DNA of 64,000 nucleotides. Source: a virus (taxonomy: Duplodnaviria > Caudoviricetes). Below are positions 53,312 to 63,815 of the stretch, piece after piece (positions within the stretch are counted from its first letter, which is position 1; each line of letters opens with the position of its first letter). The notes beneath the pieces were generated by a model that was given only the letters and a program-made list of their open reading frames with translations, was not told the origin of the DNA and did no database searches. The stretch spans positions 1 to 64,000 of IMG/VR virus record IMGVR_UViG_3300023174_000144. One strand, 5' to 3'. The translations under genes and the position numbers were made by a program.

Positions 53312-56300
53312 TTAAGGCTGATTTACAAATACAAAAGTTTGTTCTACTTTATCTGCACTACGATCTATTGACACTATTCTTACAGCAAATGTTTGTCCAT
53401 TATTAATCCAAGAAGCATATTTAGTAATTAAATTACCATACATTTCTTGTGAAAGTTTAGAGTATTTGAAATCTGGCAAAGAAAGCATGATTGGATAACT
53501 TTTTACAACATCATCAAATTGATAAGTATCTATAAGATCTGAACCAGACCAATCACTAGATGTTATATTTACATCATTTGTTTGTTTAATATATATTGCT
53601 ACTTTGTATAAAGATACATCATGCTCTGGTGAAAAATTAATCATTGTATATAATGTGCTATTTTGTTTTGTTGGTTTTTTATAATAAATAACTTGATTAC
53701 TTGCTGAATAATTTAAAGCTAAAAATCTCCAATTTAAAGATCCAATCACAAAAGTATTAGCTCCTACTATTTTACCATATGGTAAATCTATATTAAAAGA
53801 TGGATCTTCATTATATGAGCTTAATATATAGAATTGTTTATATGGTACTCTTTGAAGAGATTTTAAATTATCTTCAAGGCAACAGCCATCAACGCAGTCA
53901 CTTGAATTTGTTAAAGATACATAATCTTTTGGGCAACTTCTTAAAAACATAAATTCATTACTTGAAGCATCATTAGCAAAAAGATAATATTTTCCAAAAT
54001 AAGGTACATCACCCTCATCTTCAAATATTTTTAACTTGGTAGGATAAATAACAAAAGATATAATCTTTTTTGAATCTACTATATTTGTTAAATTAACTTC
54101 TTTTCCATTCAATATGGGATCATTATCAATACCACAAGATGAAACAAATTTTGCTACAAAGTAATGATAATTAATTCCATTTATTTGTTTAATGCCCTTT
54201 TCTAGAACTGTATCTGAACCAGATATTCCTTGCACAATAAAGTCTTCTGCATCTGGTAAGTCTAGTATAAATTCTATTATAGAATAAGCATCTTCTTTTT
54301 GTGTTCCAGCACCCAAAACTTTAACAGAATAAATATTTTTTGCAGAAAACAATTTTAAATCATCACATACATATTTAAAATCTCGAGTTTCTGGAGAGTC
54401 TACATCTCCAATGTTACCTGGATCCCAAACTCCAAGATAAGCAGGATTACTATTAATTCCACTAGAAGGCACATCTTCTGGACAGGTTACATTTTGAGAA
54501 CTTAAAGAGCTGTATTTATAACTATCTAAACATCTATATGTAGTATAATAAGAGTAATCATTAGGAAATGTATTATTGATTAATTTTGCTTGAGATCTTG
54601 GGAAATAATTAAAAAATTGAGGTCCAGAAGCAAATCCATCTTTAACAAAATCTAACATTCTTGCTCCACGATTATTCAAATAATCATTACAATAGTTTTC
54701 ATCAGGCCAAGCTATATTTTTGTAACTTTCTGGGGTAAAGAAGTACACAAGACCTTGATAACTTGCTGCAATTGTAGATGTATAAAGAGGATTTTGTTTA
54801 ATACATTTTGTTAATGTTATATATTTATCTATTAGATTATTAGAATCAATAAATGCCCTTACTTGATCATTATCAATCGCAGCATTAAATTGAGTCAAGA
54901 ATGATCTAAATACAGAAGTTTGAAGTGCATTCATATAATATATTTTCATAGAGAATATAGTATCTTGAGGCAATAAACTATCTGGTGATAATTTTACAGT
55001 TAATTTATAAATTGATTGAGTTTGATCATCTATTCTTTCTACAGGATAGTTTTTAAGAGAGATGTTATCATCTATATTAAATAAATCATCTATAAATATA
55101 AAATTATCTTCTCGGACTTTGTCTTGATCATTATTGATGTTTTTATTAAATTTCTGTGGAAACATAATGATAGATTCTAATCCTATGTTTTCTGGTAAAA
55201 GCTCTTTAAATGTAAATGAAATATTTTCTGGAGTCTCTCTTTTGTAATTTTTAAATAATTTCAATACATTTGAGCGATCAATATTTACATGACTAATATT
55301 TAATAATTTATATCCTTTGTAATTTGTATATCTAGCTTCTTTAGTGCTTTCATTATACACATTTCCACCAGCAGAAGAGTTTCCACTGAAATCAATAGCT
55401 TCTATAACGCTATAATAATCGTTATAATATCCCACATTACTTACTTGTATAAATGATTTTGGAGAGTATCCAGATCCTGTTAAATTTTGAATTTGATTAT
55501 TAATATAGCCAGAGATTGTTTGACTATTTGGATTAAAAAATGTTTGTCCTAAAGTTGTAATTCCTTCTACATAAAATGTATTATTTTGAATATATGAATT
55601 TAAATTATCTTTTGCATTAAATATTAAAAATCTTGTATTTTCTCCTTTTGTTAGTTGTTGTCCACCAGTTGTATACATTGGTCCAACATCTCCAACGCTA
55701 TAAGAGTTTAAATTAGTATTTGATGTTGAAGATGATGAATGATCATAATCTAATCTTCTAATATCATTTGAGAAGTTTTTTAATATAGTCTGATTTGTTG
55801 ATATTGTTTCGTCTTTTGGTTTTGGTATAATTCGATCTAAAAATGTTATTTTTTTATCTACAAGATAATTAGCAAAATCAATATTTGTTGTATTTGGTAC
55901 GTAATACTTAAATTCATCTGTAGTAGGAGCAGAGAAATCGAATTCCCATCCAACCACTAAATCACTTGAAGGATTGACAAAGCTTCCACCTGATATATCA
56001 GGAATCATTGAATTATATTGTTTTGAATAAAAATTAATGTTCTTAAAATTTATTTCTTTTATAGGATCTAGAATATTTACTATCCCAGAAAAAGCTTGTC
56101 CAGAAGATTCAAATCCTAATTGACTTTTAGAAAAGACTTGAAAGAAATAATTACCCGTGTTTTTTGGTATAAAAAAAGAAGATACATAACCAGAAGAATA
56201 TATTGATTCTGCTATAAGATTTCTTCGGTCATTAGAATTTGGTAAATTACTTAAAGTATCTGAATCAGAAGAATATATTTTATATCCATTTTGATCTTGA

Positions 56301-56404
56301 TTTTCTTCTGGCGGAGGGAATCTAAAAACAAAACCTTCAGCAAAATTTGTTATTTTAATTTTTTTAAATTCTACTATTGGTTGATCTGGTAATTCAGCAC
56401 TCAT
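53312..56404 (-). CDS. tail tip / central fibre protein (gpJ C-terminal-like, FN3-type repeats)
   Basis: Follows the gpJ core gene; FN3-like FRFPPP..YKIY and FSP..DVSLYKVAIY. Confidence 0.55.
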   Translation of the reverse strand: MSAELPDQPIVEFKKIKITNFAEGFVFRFPPPEENQDQNGYKIYSSDSDTLSNLPNSNDRRNLIAESIYSSGYVSSFFIPKNTGNYFFQVFSKSQLGFESSGQAFSGIVNILDPIKEINFKNINFYSKQYNSMIPDISGGSFVNPSSDLVVGWEFDFSAPTTDEFKYYVPNTTNIDFANYLVDKKITFLDRIIPKPKDETISTNQTILKNFSNDIRRLDYDHSSSSTSNTNLNSYSVGDVGPMYTTGGQQLTKGENTRFLIFNAKDNLNSYIQNNTFYVEGITTLGQTFFNPNSQTISGYINNQIQNLTGSGYSPKSFIQVSNVGYYNDYYSVIEAIDFSGNSSAGGNVYNESTKEARYTNYKGYKLLNISHVNIDRSNVLKLFKNYKRETPENISFTFKELLPENIGLESIIMFPQKFNKNINNDQDKVREDNFIFIDDLFNIDDNISLKNYPVERIDDQTQSIYKLTVKLSPDSLLPQDTIFSMKIYYMNALQTSVFRSFLTQFNAAIDNDQVRAFIDSNNLIDKYITLTKCIKQNPLYTSTIAASYQGLVYFFTPESYKNIAWPDENYCNDYLNNRGARMLDFVKDGFASGPQFFNYFPRSQAKLINNTFPNDYSYYTTYRCLDSYKYSSLSSQNVTCPEDVPSSGINSNPAYLGVWDPGNIGDVDSPETRDFKYVCDDLKLFSAKNIYSVKVLGAGTQKEDAYSIIEFILDLPDAEDFIVQGISGSDTVLEKGIKQINGINYHYFVAKFVSSCGIDNDPILNGKEVNLTNIVDSKKIISFVIYPTKLKIFEDEGDVPYFGKYYLFANDASSNEFMFLRSCPKDYVSLTNSSDCVDGCCLEDNLKSLQRVPYKQFYILSSYNEDPSFNIDLPYGKIVGANTFVIGSLNWRFLALNYSASNQVIYYKKPTKQNSTLYTMINFSPEHDVSLYKVAIYIKQTNDVNITSSDWSGSDLIDTYQFDDVVKSYPIMLSLPDFKYSKLSQEMYGNLITKYASWINNGQTFAVRIVSIDRSADKVEQTFVFVNQP

Positions 56405-56406
56405 AA

Positions 56407-59400
56407 TTAAATTTTATCTGTTTCCATAAACTTAGTTTCATCATATTCTAAAGCTGAAATTTTATATTTATTTTCTTCTGTTTCTTCTATATCCAAAATT
56501 CTAAATTTCTGAGTTTGATCAATATATGGCTCTAATTGTGCTCCTAAATATGGCTTTTCTCTTTTTTCTAAATTTTTTTCACTAAAAATACTAGGACTTT
56601 TTTCGTATTTGTATGTTTCTGGATCTAACTCAATTGTCCATACTGTATTTTGTAATAATGTATGTTCTACATTATCTAAACTTCCAAGAAAATTAATTTT
56701 TGCATATCCACTATAATTAATTCCAGTTTCTTCAGTAACAAATGTTTGAAATGATAATCCACTAACTCCAGTAGTAGTATTAAAATTAATAGTTTGTACT
56801 TGTTTTCTTCTGATTGTATTGCTATCTGGGGTTTTAACAGGTATATTTTCGCCTTTTAAATTTATATTAATGCTATCATTTTGTAAAGAAGAATTTTCTG
56901 AAATTTGATCCATAAAATCATTTGAATTGTCTGTGCCAATTTCTAGATTTCCAGCTGGCGTTAAAACATTAAATTTACAATCTCCAATTGCTGGTAAAAA
57001 TCCAGTCATATCATTGTATTTTATATCAATAATTGCAGAATCTGTTCTTAATTGATATGTTCTTCCGCCAAGAATTTTATTTTGTCTATTTTGATCTTGT
57101 ATCATAACAATATCTCCAGGTTTTAAATATAAAGCTGGAAGACTTGTTTCAAAAGATACAAGTTCTGACTCTGAATTTTCTGATAATAAAGTCCATTTTC
57201 CATATCTCTCAGCTTGACTTTCACTTGTGCATCCAAAAGCGCTCATTTCCATTTCTCTTATGCCATTTCTTAATATACCTTCTCTATTTTCTACATACTT
57301 AATAGCTGGTTTATAAAAATTGTCTTTATCATTATATCTAACTAAGGCTACATTTCTTCTTACTCTTTTGCTTGTGTTGCTATATGTAAATTCTCCTTCT
57401 TTGACATTTGAATTATTAAAAATATAAATTGGATCTTTAGGTTTATCTTGAGAAGCAAAAATAAGTCCAGCCGTATAATACACAATACCTCTAAAAATAC
57501 TTGCCATATCATTTATTATTTTATAAGCATCTTCTCTAGTAGAAAAAAGAAGATTGCATGTAAACCTTGGCTCTACATCTGCTATTTTTGTTTTATCAAC
57601 ATCATTTGGAGTATTTGATCTTTTACTCTTAACTAATTCATCACAATATCTTGATATTTCATATAGAGTCCATTTATCAACATATTTTGAATCAAAATAC
57701 TTACCTAATCCAAATCTATTATTTGTAATCATATCATAAAAACACCAAGCTGGATTATCTGTCCAAGCTAAAGCGAATTCTCCATTCCAACTACCTTGAT
57801 AAGTTCTAGTATATGGATTATAATTAGATGGAACTTTTACTTTTAATAGTCTTGTATCATAAGATCTCTGAGGTATAGTACTGAAGAATCTGGCATCAAA
57901 ATTAGTTAAAATTGCAGCTGTATTTGGATATATTAATTTCTCATCGTATATTTCTGTAACAGAATCAACATTTGCTTTATTAGCTATATTTATATCAACT
58001 GATTCAAAATGTAATGGGGTAATTTCTATTTCCCATCCTATTGTCTCTGGTAAGGAAACTTTATCTAAACCAAGCCATTCGAAACTTTCTATATATGCTC
58101 CTTGATTTAATTTTCCAACTATCTTTAAAACCCACGTATCTGATCCAACATTATAAGAATCTGCACTAATTTGTGATGCTGGAACTGGAGTTCCATCCCA
58201 TTTAATATAAGAAATTTTTTGTGGTTCAGTGATGCTAGAATCAATTCTTTTAAGTCTCAAATAATAAAGCTGTGCATATCTATCTACTCTTCCAGTTGTT
58301 GTATTCTTTGCAGCATCTGCAGCACTTTCCCATATAGTTAAATCAACAATTTGTTTAAATAATACAGAAGCTTTAATATTTAATCTTAAACCAGATAAAT
58401 TTTTAGTTAAAAGATTTATTGATTTTTTATATCTTATAATCTCTCCTGTATCTTGTATTTTTCTGGCTCCTAATAATTTCATTCCAGAAGTTTTTGTTTT
58501 TGAAATACTCTTAGGAATTCTAACTAATAAATTAGATTGATCATAATCTTTTATAATTTTAACATTTTTTGCATTATTTTCTTGAGTTGTTTGTTTTATA
58601 TTAAGTATATCTGTTACTTTAGATCCTGGCGCTAATATCTTGGTATAAACTTCTTCTTTTAAATCTATATGTTTGTGCTGTCGTAAATTAGAATGTAAAG
58701 ATGGCTTTCCTCCATTTGTATAACCTAATCTAATAAAATCAAAATTAAGAGATGCATTCTGCGGATATGTATTATCTGCCAAAGGCGTTTCATTCCAATA
58801 TATAGAACGAATTAACGGATCGGGTCCAGGATATTTTTCTATTCTTACTCCATTTTCGTATCCGAGCATACCTTCTTTATTTCCTGGAAGTGGTATTATT
58901 TCGTAATCTGTTATTCCTTCTATTGGTCCTTCGCTGATAATATCTAATATAGATATATTTGTTAAAGTTGTTATACCAACATCTTCAGATTTTTTAGCTT
59001 CATTTATATATACAGTAGAGTAATTAGTCAATGTACGGTAGTCTTCTACTGTTTGGCCAGGCTTACATGTTGCTTGATTTGGTATGACATTTGCAAGATA
59101 ATTAAATTGATCCTTTGCTCCAAAAAAAGAGATTGCAGTAGTTCGTGTTTTATTTGTTTTAGTTGGATAAGTGCATGTATAAATTTGATTGTTTGTTGCT
59201 ATTTTACTTTTTTCATCTTCGGTGTATAAATATAATGTAAATGCTATTTGATTAACAAATTGAGGTTCTAAAAATGAACAATCTGCAGCTGGTACAATTC
59301 TACAAGTATAAACTCCTGCTTTTGTGGGTATACCATTAGGATATTTTAATTTGTTTGGATTGACTTTTAATTTTTTAGCGTTGCTTTCACCAATTCCTGC

Positions 59401-61746
59401 AATATCTTTTTCTAATTTGACTTCTCCAATTAATGCTGGTGGAATAGTTATATCGTTATAAGAGCTTGGAGCAGAATAATAAGCTTGATATTCATTTAGT
59501 TCTTGGAAGTCGTCTATTGCCTTTTGGCTTGAGAAAAATGCCTTAATAGTTTTAGGAACTCTTTTTGCTTCTAATGGCTTACTTTCAGTAAAAAGAACAT
59601 CAGGAATCAAATAGTCATCATTTTTGTTTTCAATTTTTTGATATGTTTCTGTTGGCAAATTAGAATAATAAGTTCCTACAGTTGTAGTTTTTCCAGCAAT
59701 TGCCTTGTTTGGGTTCTTATTTGGTACATCATTTGTTGTATAAGATACTGATTGCGTTATGAATTTTCTATTTATATCTCTAATAGTCAAGCTCATTAGT
59801 GCGCTTCTTAATTTAGAAACTGGACCATCTTTTTTGCCTCCACCTTTTGGAGCGGTAGGTGGTGTATAACAAACTTTTCCATTGCTATCTATTCTAGTAT
59901 CTTCTCCAGCATCTATTACCATAAGAACATCAACATTAATTGATGTAGATGTATCAATATTCTTACCTTTTTTGGTGCTTCCAACAAATTTATATATTGT
60001 TAATCCTGTAACGGGATCTATTCTAGGTTTATCTTTTTTTAATCCAGTTCTACTATCTAAAACTGAATCTGTTTCTACTACCCAATTTCCAGCGCTTGAA
60101 GTAGGATCATCTATATAAACAAAAAATTTTCTACTATCAGGATTTGTAATATTTGAAAAAGTTATAGGTTTAGAACTATTTCTTGGTATAGGCTTTAAGA
60201 TAGCATTAGCAGTAGCATCATTAAATAATCCGCCTAATATTCCTAATCCACTCTTTCCTAAACTTTGAGCAATCGAACCATATCCTTTACCAGTTGCAGA
60301 AATTATATCTGACATTTTTGCAAATCTTACTATTGCATCTGAAGTAGGAGATAATGTAAGAGTTATTGTTCCATTTTGAACTGTAAATGCTGGATTAGAA
60401 TATATATTTATGCTAGATGGAAAACTAGCAGAAGGTTTGATATTTTTTGTTTCATCTGGAGTAATATTTAAAGTTATATTAACTCCTGTAGATACTGCTT
60501 TATTATTAGCAACGTAACATGTGATTGTTTCATTAAATGCATGTTTTGGAGTTCCAGATATAACACCTGTGGTTCTGTTTAGTGATAATCCTTCTGGTAA
60601 ATAATCAACAGCAAAACATAAATTACTTGCATTATTGTGTTTGATTGTTCCTGAAGATTTTTGATTAACAACGAAATTAAAAGTTTGTGAAGGTGTTATG
60701 GTTGGGGTAGAGCCGCTAATTGTTCCTGTAACAATTTGTAAATTAAAATTAATACTTTGGCCTGAAGCAGCATCACTATTAAATAATGTTATTGGTATTG
60801 AAGTGATAGTTATTAAATTTGATGGACTTTTTATAGTACCAGATATTTTTTTTGTTTCTTTATTAAAACTTAATCCTAATATACTTAATCTAGCTAATCC
60901 TTCATTATCTATACTAGCGTCCCATGTTCCATTTGATATATTTGTATTGATTGTATAATCTATAGTTGTGCCTGCTTGTGCTCTTATAATAGGAGCAGAT
61001 GTACTTCTTATAGGATTATTTCCCAAAGAATCTTTACATTTAATTGTTAAAGTTTTAAAAGAATCAATTGTTATTGGTTTTTTATTTTTGTCTACTCCAG
61101 CAGTTAAGATGCTAGCATTTAATTGAACTGTATAATAACCAACTTTGGAGACTGGTTTATCTGAAGTCCATAAAGTATCTGTAGCTATAGTTTTTGATGG
61201 ATCAGTACTTGCAGTTTTAAATTGTAAATAAGTTTCAAAGCTTTCATTTCTTGATATATAATAATATGTTACTGCCTGAGCGGAATTTATTGTATATGAA
61301 AATAACTGTCCTTTAGTTGCATCTGCAAATCCAGAAGTTGTAATTTTTGCTGGAACTAAAGAAGTTTCACCAGCGGCTCCTCTTAATATCGTTCCATCTG
61401 CAAAATCAAATACAAACCAAAATCCTTTATTTCTATCAACTCCTTGTATTGAACCTCGGGATATACCATCCTGAACTTTATTAGTATTATTACTTGGATT
61501 CAATGCTGGATTATAAGCTTGGACTAAATCAAGAAGATCTGCGTCTACATCTAATCCTGTGCTTACATCAGTAATTTCATCTTTCTTTGGGTCGCCAAGA
61601 TCATTAAAAAAAGGAATTACTTCATCATTAAAATAAGTATTTTTATCATTATCAAAGTTATGTCCATTTGCGCCTCTATATGCAATACCTTCAATGTATT
61701 TGTTTGGATCACAATCTTTACACCTTTTAGCGTTATCTGCAGCCAT
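56407..61746 (-). CDS. tail tip host-specificity protein J (TipJ) with N-terminal Ig-like extension
   Basis: ISEGPIEG; YPNTA...DAR.F..IPQRSY..R..KVKVPSNYNP; WTDNPAWCFYD...RFGLG; EPRFTCN; LPEGLSLN..TGVISGTP (He_PIG-like). Confidence 0.92.
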   Translation of the reverse strand: MAADNAKRCKDCDPNKYIEGIAYRGANGHNFDNDKNTYFNDEVIPFFNDLGDPKKDEITDVSTGLDVDADLLDLVQAYNPALNPSNNTNKVQDGISRGSIQGVDRNKGFWFVFDFADGTILRGAAGETSLVPAKITTSGFADATKGQLFSYTINSAQAVTYYYISRNESFETYLQFKTASTDPSKTIATDTLWTSDKPVSKVGYYTVQLNASILTAGVDKNKKPITIDSFKTLTIKCKDSLGNNPIRSTSAPIIRAQAGTTIDYTINTNISNGTWDASIDNEGLARLSILGLSFNKETKKISGTIKSPSNLITITSIPITLFNSDAASGQSINFNLQIVTGTISGSTPTITPSQTFNFVVNQKSSGTIKHNNASNLCFAVDYLPEGLSLNRTTGVISGTPKHAFNETITCYVANNKAVSTGVNITLNITPDETKNIKPSASFPSSINIYSNPAFTVQNGTITLTLSPTSDAIVRFAKMSDIISATGKGYGSIAQSLGKSGLGILGGLFNDATANAILKPIPRNSSKPITFSNITNPDSRKFFVYIDDPTSSAGNWVVETDSVLDSRTGLKKDKPRIDPVTGLTIYKFVGSTKKGKNIDTSTSINVDVLMVIDAGEDTRIDSNGKVCYTPPTAPKGGGKKDGPVSKLRSALMSLTIRDINRKFITQSVSYTTNDVPNKNPNKAIAGKTTTVGTYYSNLPTETYQKIENKNDDYLIPDVLFTESKPLEAKRVPKTIKAFFSSQKAIDDFQELNEYQAYYSAPSSYNDITIPPALIGEVKLEKDIAGIGESNAKKLKVNPNKLKYPNGIPTKAGVYTCRIVPAADCSFLEPQFVNQIAFTLYLYTEDEKSKIATNNQIYTCTYPTKTNKTRTTAISFFGAKDQFNYLANVIPNQATCKPGQTVEDYRTLTNYSTVYINEAKKSEDVGITTLTNISILDIISEGPIEGITDYEIIPLPGNKEGMLGYENGVRIEKYPGPDPLIRSIYWNETPLADNTYPQNASLNFDFIRLGYTNGGKPSLHSNLRQHKHIDLKEEVYTKILAPGSKVTDILNIKQTTQENNAKNVKIIKDYDQSNLLVRIPKSISKTKTSGMKLLGARKIQDTGEIIRYKKSINLLTKNLSGLRLNIKASVLFKQIVDLTIWESAADAAKNTTTGRVDRYAQLYYLRLKRIDSSITEPQKISYIKWDGTPVPASQISADSYNVGSDTWVLKIVGKLNQGAYIESFEWLGLDKVSLPETIGWEIEITPLHFESVDINIANKANVDSVTEIYDEKLIYPNTAAILTNFDARFFSTIPQRSYDTRLLKVKVPSNYNPYTRTYQGSWNGEFALAWTDNPAWCFYDMITNNRFGLGKYFDSKYVDKWTLYEISRYCDELVKSKRSNTPNDVDKTKIADVEPRFTCNLLFSTREDAYKIINDMASIFRGIVYYTAGLIFASQDKPKDPIYIFNNSNVKEGEFTYSNTSKRVRRNVALVRYNDKDNFYKPAIKYVENREGILRNGIREMEMSAFGCTSESQAERYGKWTLLSENSESELVSFETSLPALYLKPGDIVMIQDQNRQNKILGGRTYQLRTDSAIIDIKYNDMTGFLPAIGDCKFNVLTPAGNLEIGTDNSNDFMDQISENSSLQNDSININLKGENIPVKTPDSNTIRRKQVQTINFNTTTGVSGLSFQTFVTEETGINYSGYAKINFLGSLDNVEHTLLQNTVWTIELDPETYKYEKSPSIFSEKNLEKREKPYLGAQLEPYIDQTQKFRILDIEETEENKYKISALEYDETKFMETDKI

Positions 61747-61747
61747 A

Positions 61748-63064
61748 TTAAGATGTTAATGAAGTTGTTGACATGTCTTCATTATTTATATTTGTTATCT
61801 TTACTGGATATCCTCTTGTGTTAAAATAATAACTTTTAGATGGATAGCTGAGATCTCCTCCTGGGTCTCTTTTTGGTTTACCAACCTGTTTGCCTTCTGT
61901 TTCAAGATGAGATTCTCTTGATTGAATTCTATAATATTGATCGTAAGATGCAAAAACTTGATGACTTCCTATAATAAGTCTTCCATATCCTACTGGAACA
62001 GGTCCACCTTCTCCAACCGTGTTAACTGGTCCATTAAATAAATAAGAGGGTTCTCCTCCACCACCATTTGGAGAGCCACTAAAATCTGCAGAAGGATTGG
62101 CTATAGCGGCTGGACTTACCATTGGAGGTGGTTTAGATAACATTAAACTAACTCCAACAGCAACTAGTCCTAAAATTGCTGGCATCATCATTTGTAGTGT
62201 TAATCCAGCAAATACTTGAGTTCCTGGAATAATAGCTAATATAACAGCTAAAAAAATAGCTATAATACCTTTCATCATTCCTCCTCCACCTTTACCACCT
62301 TTGCCACCTCCTCCATTATGAACTAAAATTTCTTCAGCAATATATGTATGATGATCTTTTACATGCATATTATAAACATCTTCATAACCATCTTCTTCTA
62401 TTCTTTCTATTGGTAAAACATCTCCACTTTGATGTATTAATATATCTCCTATTTTAAAATTTGACAATGGTGCAAATCTATTGTGTTCATTTAAAAACCA
62501 ATGATTTTCTGTTGCACGTATAGTTTTGCCTCCCCACAAGGTAATTTTTAATATTTTATTTTTTTCATGGAAAAAAGTTTCTTCGACTACAGATGTTTTA
62601 ATATTTTTATCTTTATCAAAACAAAGAATCTCATCTCCTGCTTTAAAATTTTCTATATTTTTATTTCCATTTGGAGTAGATATTTTAATTCCAGCTGGAA
62701 AACATCCTCCTCCACCTCCACCGCCACCACCTGCGCCTTCAATAACTGGAATTATATCAATTGAAGAAAGCTTGTCGTTTTCAAACGGCATGTTCAATTC
62801 TGAATTTCTTAATGAATCAATATGTTTTTTTGTTAAATCTTTATTTTTTTGAGGTAAACTTTCTATGTTTGGTACCCATACAGATCTATTATTAATAAAT
62901 ATCTCATATTTTGCTTCATTTTGTGCTTGTTGAATAAGGTATTTTATCAATTTTCCAGTATTAGCTTCTATAGCTCTTATAGCTTCTGAAACACTGTTCA
63001 CTTTTAAATTCCATTCGGAACCAATTTGATCACCTAAATCACCATGTAATGTAACCTTTACCAT
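61748..63064 (-). CDS. tail assembly protein I (Ubl) with inserted Hint domain
   Basis: VTLHGDLG..SVSEAIRAI..IDIIPVIEGAGGG; SYLFNGPVNTVGEGGPVPVGYGRLIIGS. Confidence 0.9.
   Translation of the reverse strand: MVKVTLHGDLGDQIGSEWNLKVNSVSEAIRAIEANTGKLIKYLIQQAQNEAKYEIFINNRSVWVPNIESLPQKNKDLTKKHIDSLRNSELNMPFENDKLSSIDIIPVIEGAGGGGGGGGGCFPAGIKISTPNGNKNIENFKAGDEILCFDKDKNIKTSVVEETFFHEKNKILKITLWGGKTIRATENHWFLNEHNRFAPLSNFKIGDILIHQSGDVLPIERIEEDGYEDVYNMHVKDHHTYIAEEILVHNGGGGKGGKGGGGMMKGIIAIFLAVILAIIPGTQVFAGLTLQMMMPAILGLVAVGVSLMLSKPPPMVSPAAIANPSADFSGSPNGGGGEPSYLFNGPVNTVGEGGPVPVGYGRLIIGSHQVFASYDQYYRIQSRESHLETEGKQVGKPKRDPGGDLSYPSKSYYFNTRGYPVKITNINNEDMSTTSLTS
62315..62704 (-). other. intein-like Hint domain (130 aa, no homing endonuclease, Gly at +1)
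   Basis: CFPAG N-terminal block, ATENHWF (TxxH) block B, VYNMHV block F, ILVHN end; flanked by Gly runs. Confidence 0.88.
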
Positions 63065-63065
63065 A

Positions 63066-63815
63066 TTAAATCATGCTCCTATGCCTGACGATATATTTCG
63101 TATGTTTTCGATAAAAATCGTCATATATATTTACACAAGAAAAAGAATTATATGGATGGTGTAAAATCGTATTATTTCCTATATTCATTGCGCAGTGAGT
63201 AGCATACACTTCAGAAACGTTAGGAAATAGCATAAAAAAGGCATCGTGCTTTTTAAAAGGGGTATTTTTATCTAGCTTAATAAAATTTTGTTTTTCAAAA
63301 AAATCTTCATATATAGAATTTATATCTTTTAAATTTTTTGGATATGCTATTTCTTTTGGGCAATATATTGAAACATTTAATTCTTTTTTGTAATAGTCTA
63401 TAGCCAAAGAGAAGCAGTCTGAAACTTCAGTGATGTATGGTCTGCCAATGTATTTATTTTTGTAAGTATTTGGATAATACATATTGAATATGTCATTTTT
63501 TATATTATAGAGTATAAATGTTATATTATGTTTGTTACTATTTAACATATCTATTTCGCTAAATTCATTATTGTCGTTATTATGAGAATGAAAACAAGCA
63601 ACAATTTTACCTAATTGACTACATTTTAAATACTCTAAAGAAGATATTGAGAAGAAGTTTTTTTTATCAAATGCTATATTTTTACAAGAATATATATTAA
63701 ATTTTAATTTTTTTTCATCAAAATATATTAGACCACAAGATTCTATATCTTTTCTATTATTAGATAGATCTTTAATTTCATTTTTTAATGAACTATTAAA
63801 ATCTATATTAATCAT
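63066..63815 (-). CDS. tail assembly protein K (JAB/MPN plus NlpC/P60)
   Basis: ESCGLI; FHSH-N7-SEID; PY...DCFSLAIDYY; HCAM..ILHH. Confidence 0.9.
   Translation of the reverse strand: MINIDFNSSLKNEIKDLSNNRKDIESCGLIYFDEKKLKFNIYSCKNIAFDKKNFFSISSLEYLKCSQLGKIVACFHSHNNDNNEFSEIDMLNSNKHNITFILYNIKNDIFNMYYPNTYKNKYIGRPYITEVSDCFSLAIDYYKKELNVSIYCPKEIAYPKNLKDINSIYEDFFEKQNFIKLDKNTPFKKHDAFFMLFPNVSEVYATHCAMNIGNNTILHHPYNSFSCVNIYDDFYRKHTKYIVRHRSMI

Noticed and set aside
169-62852. Short opposite-strand or off-frame ORFs inside longer genes (e.g. 169-414, 2040-2330, 11275-11679, 29589-29966, 45979-47553, 59882-60958, 62526-62852)
   Set aside because: Shadow ORFs with no promoter, start context or recognisable motif
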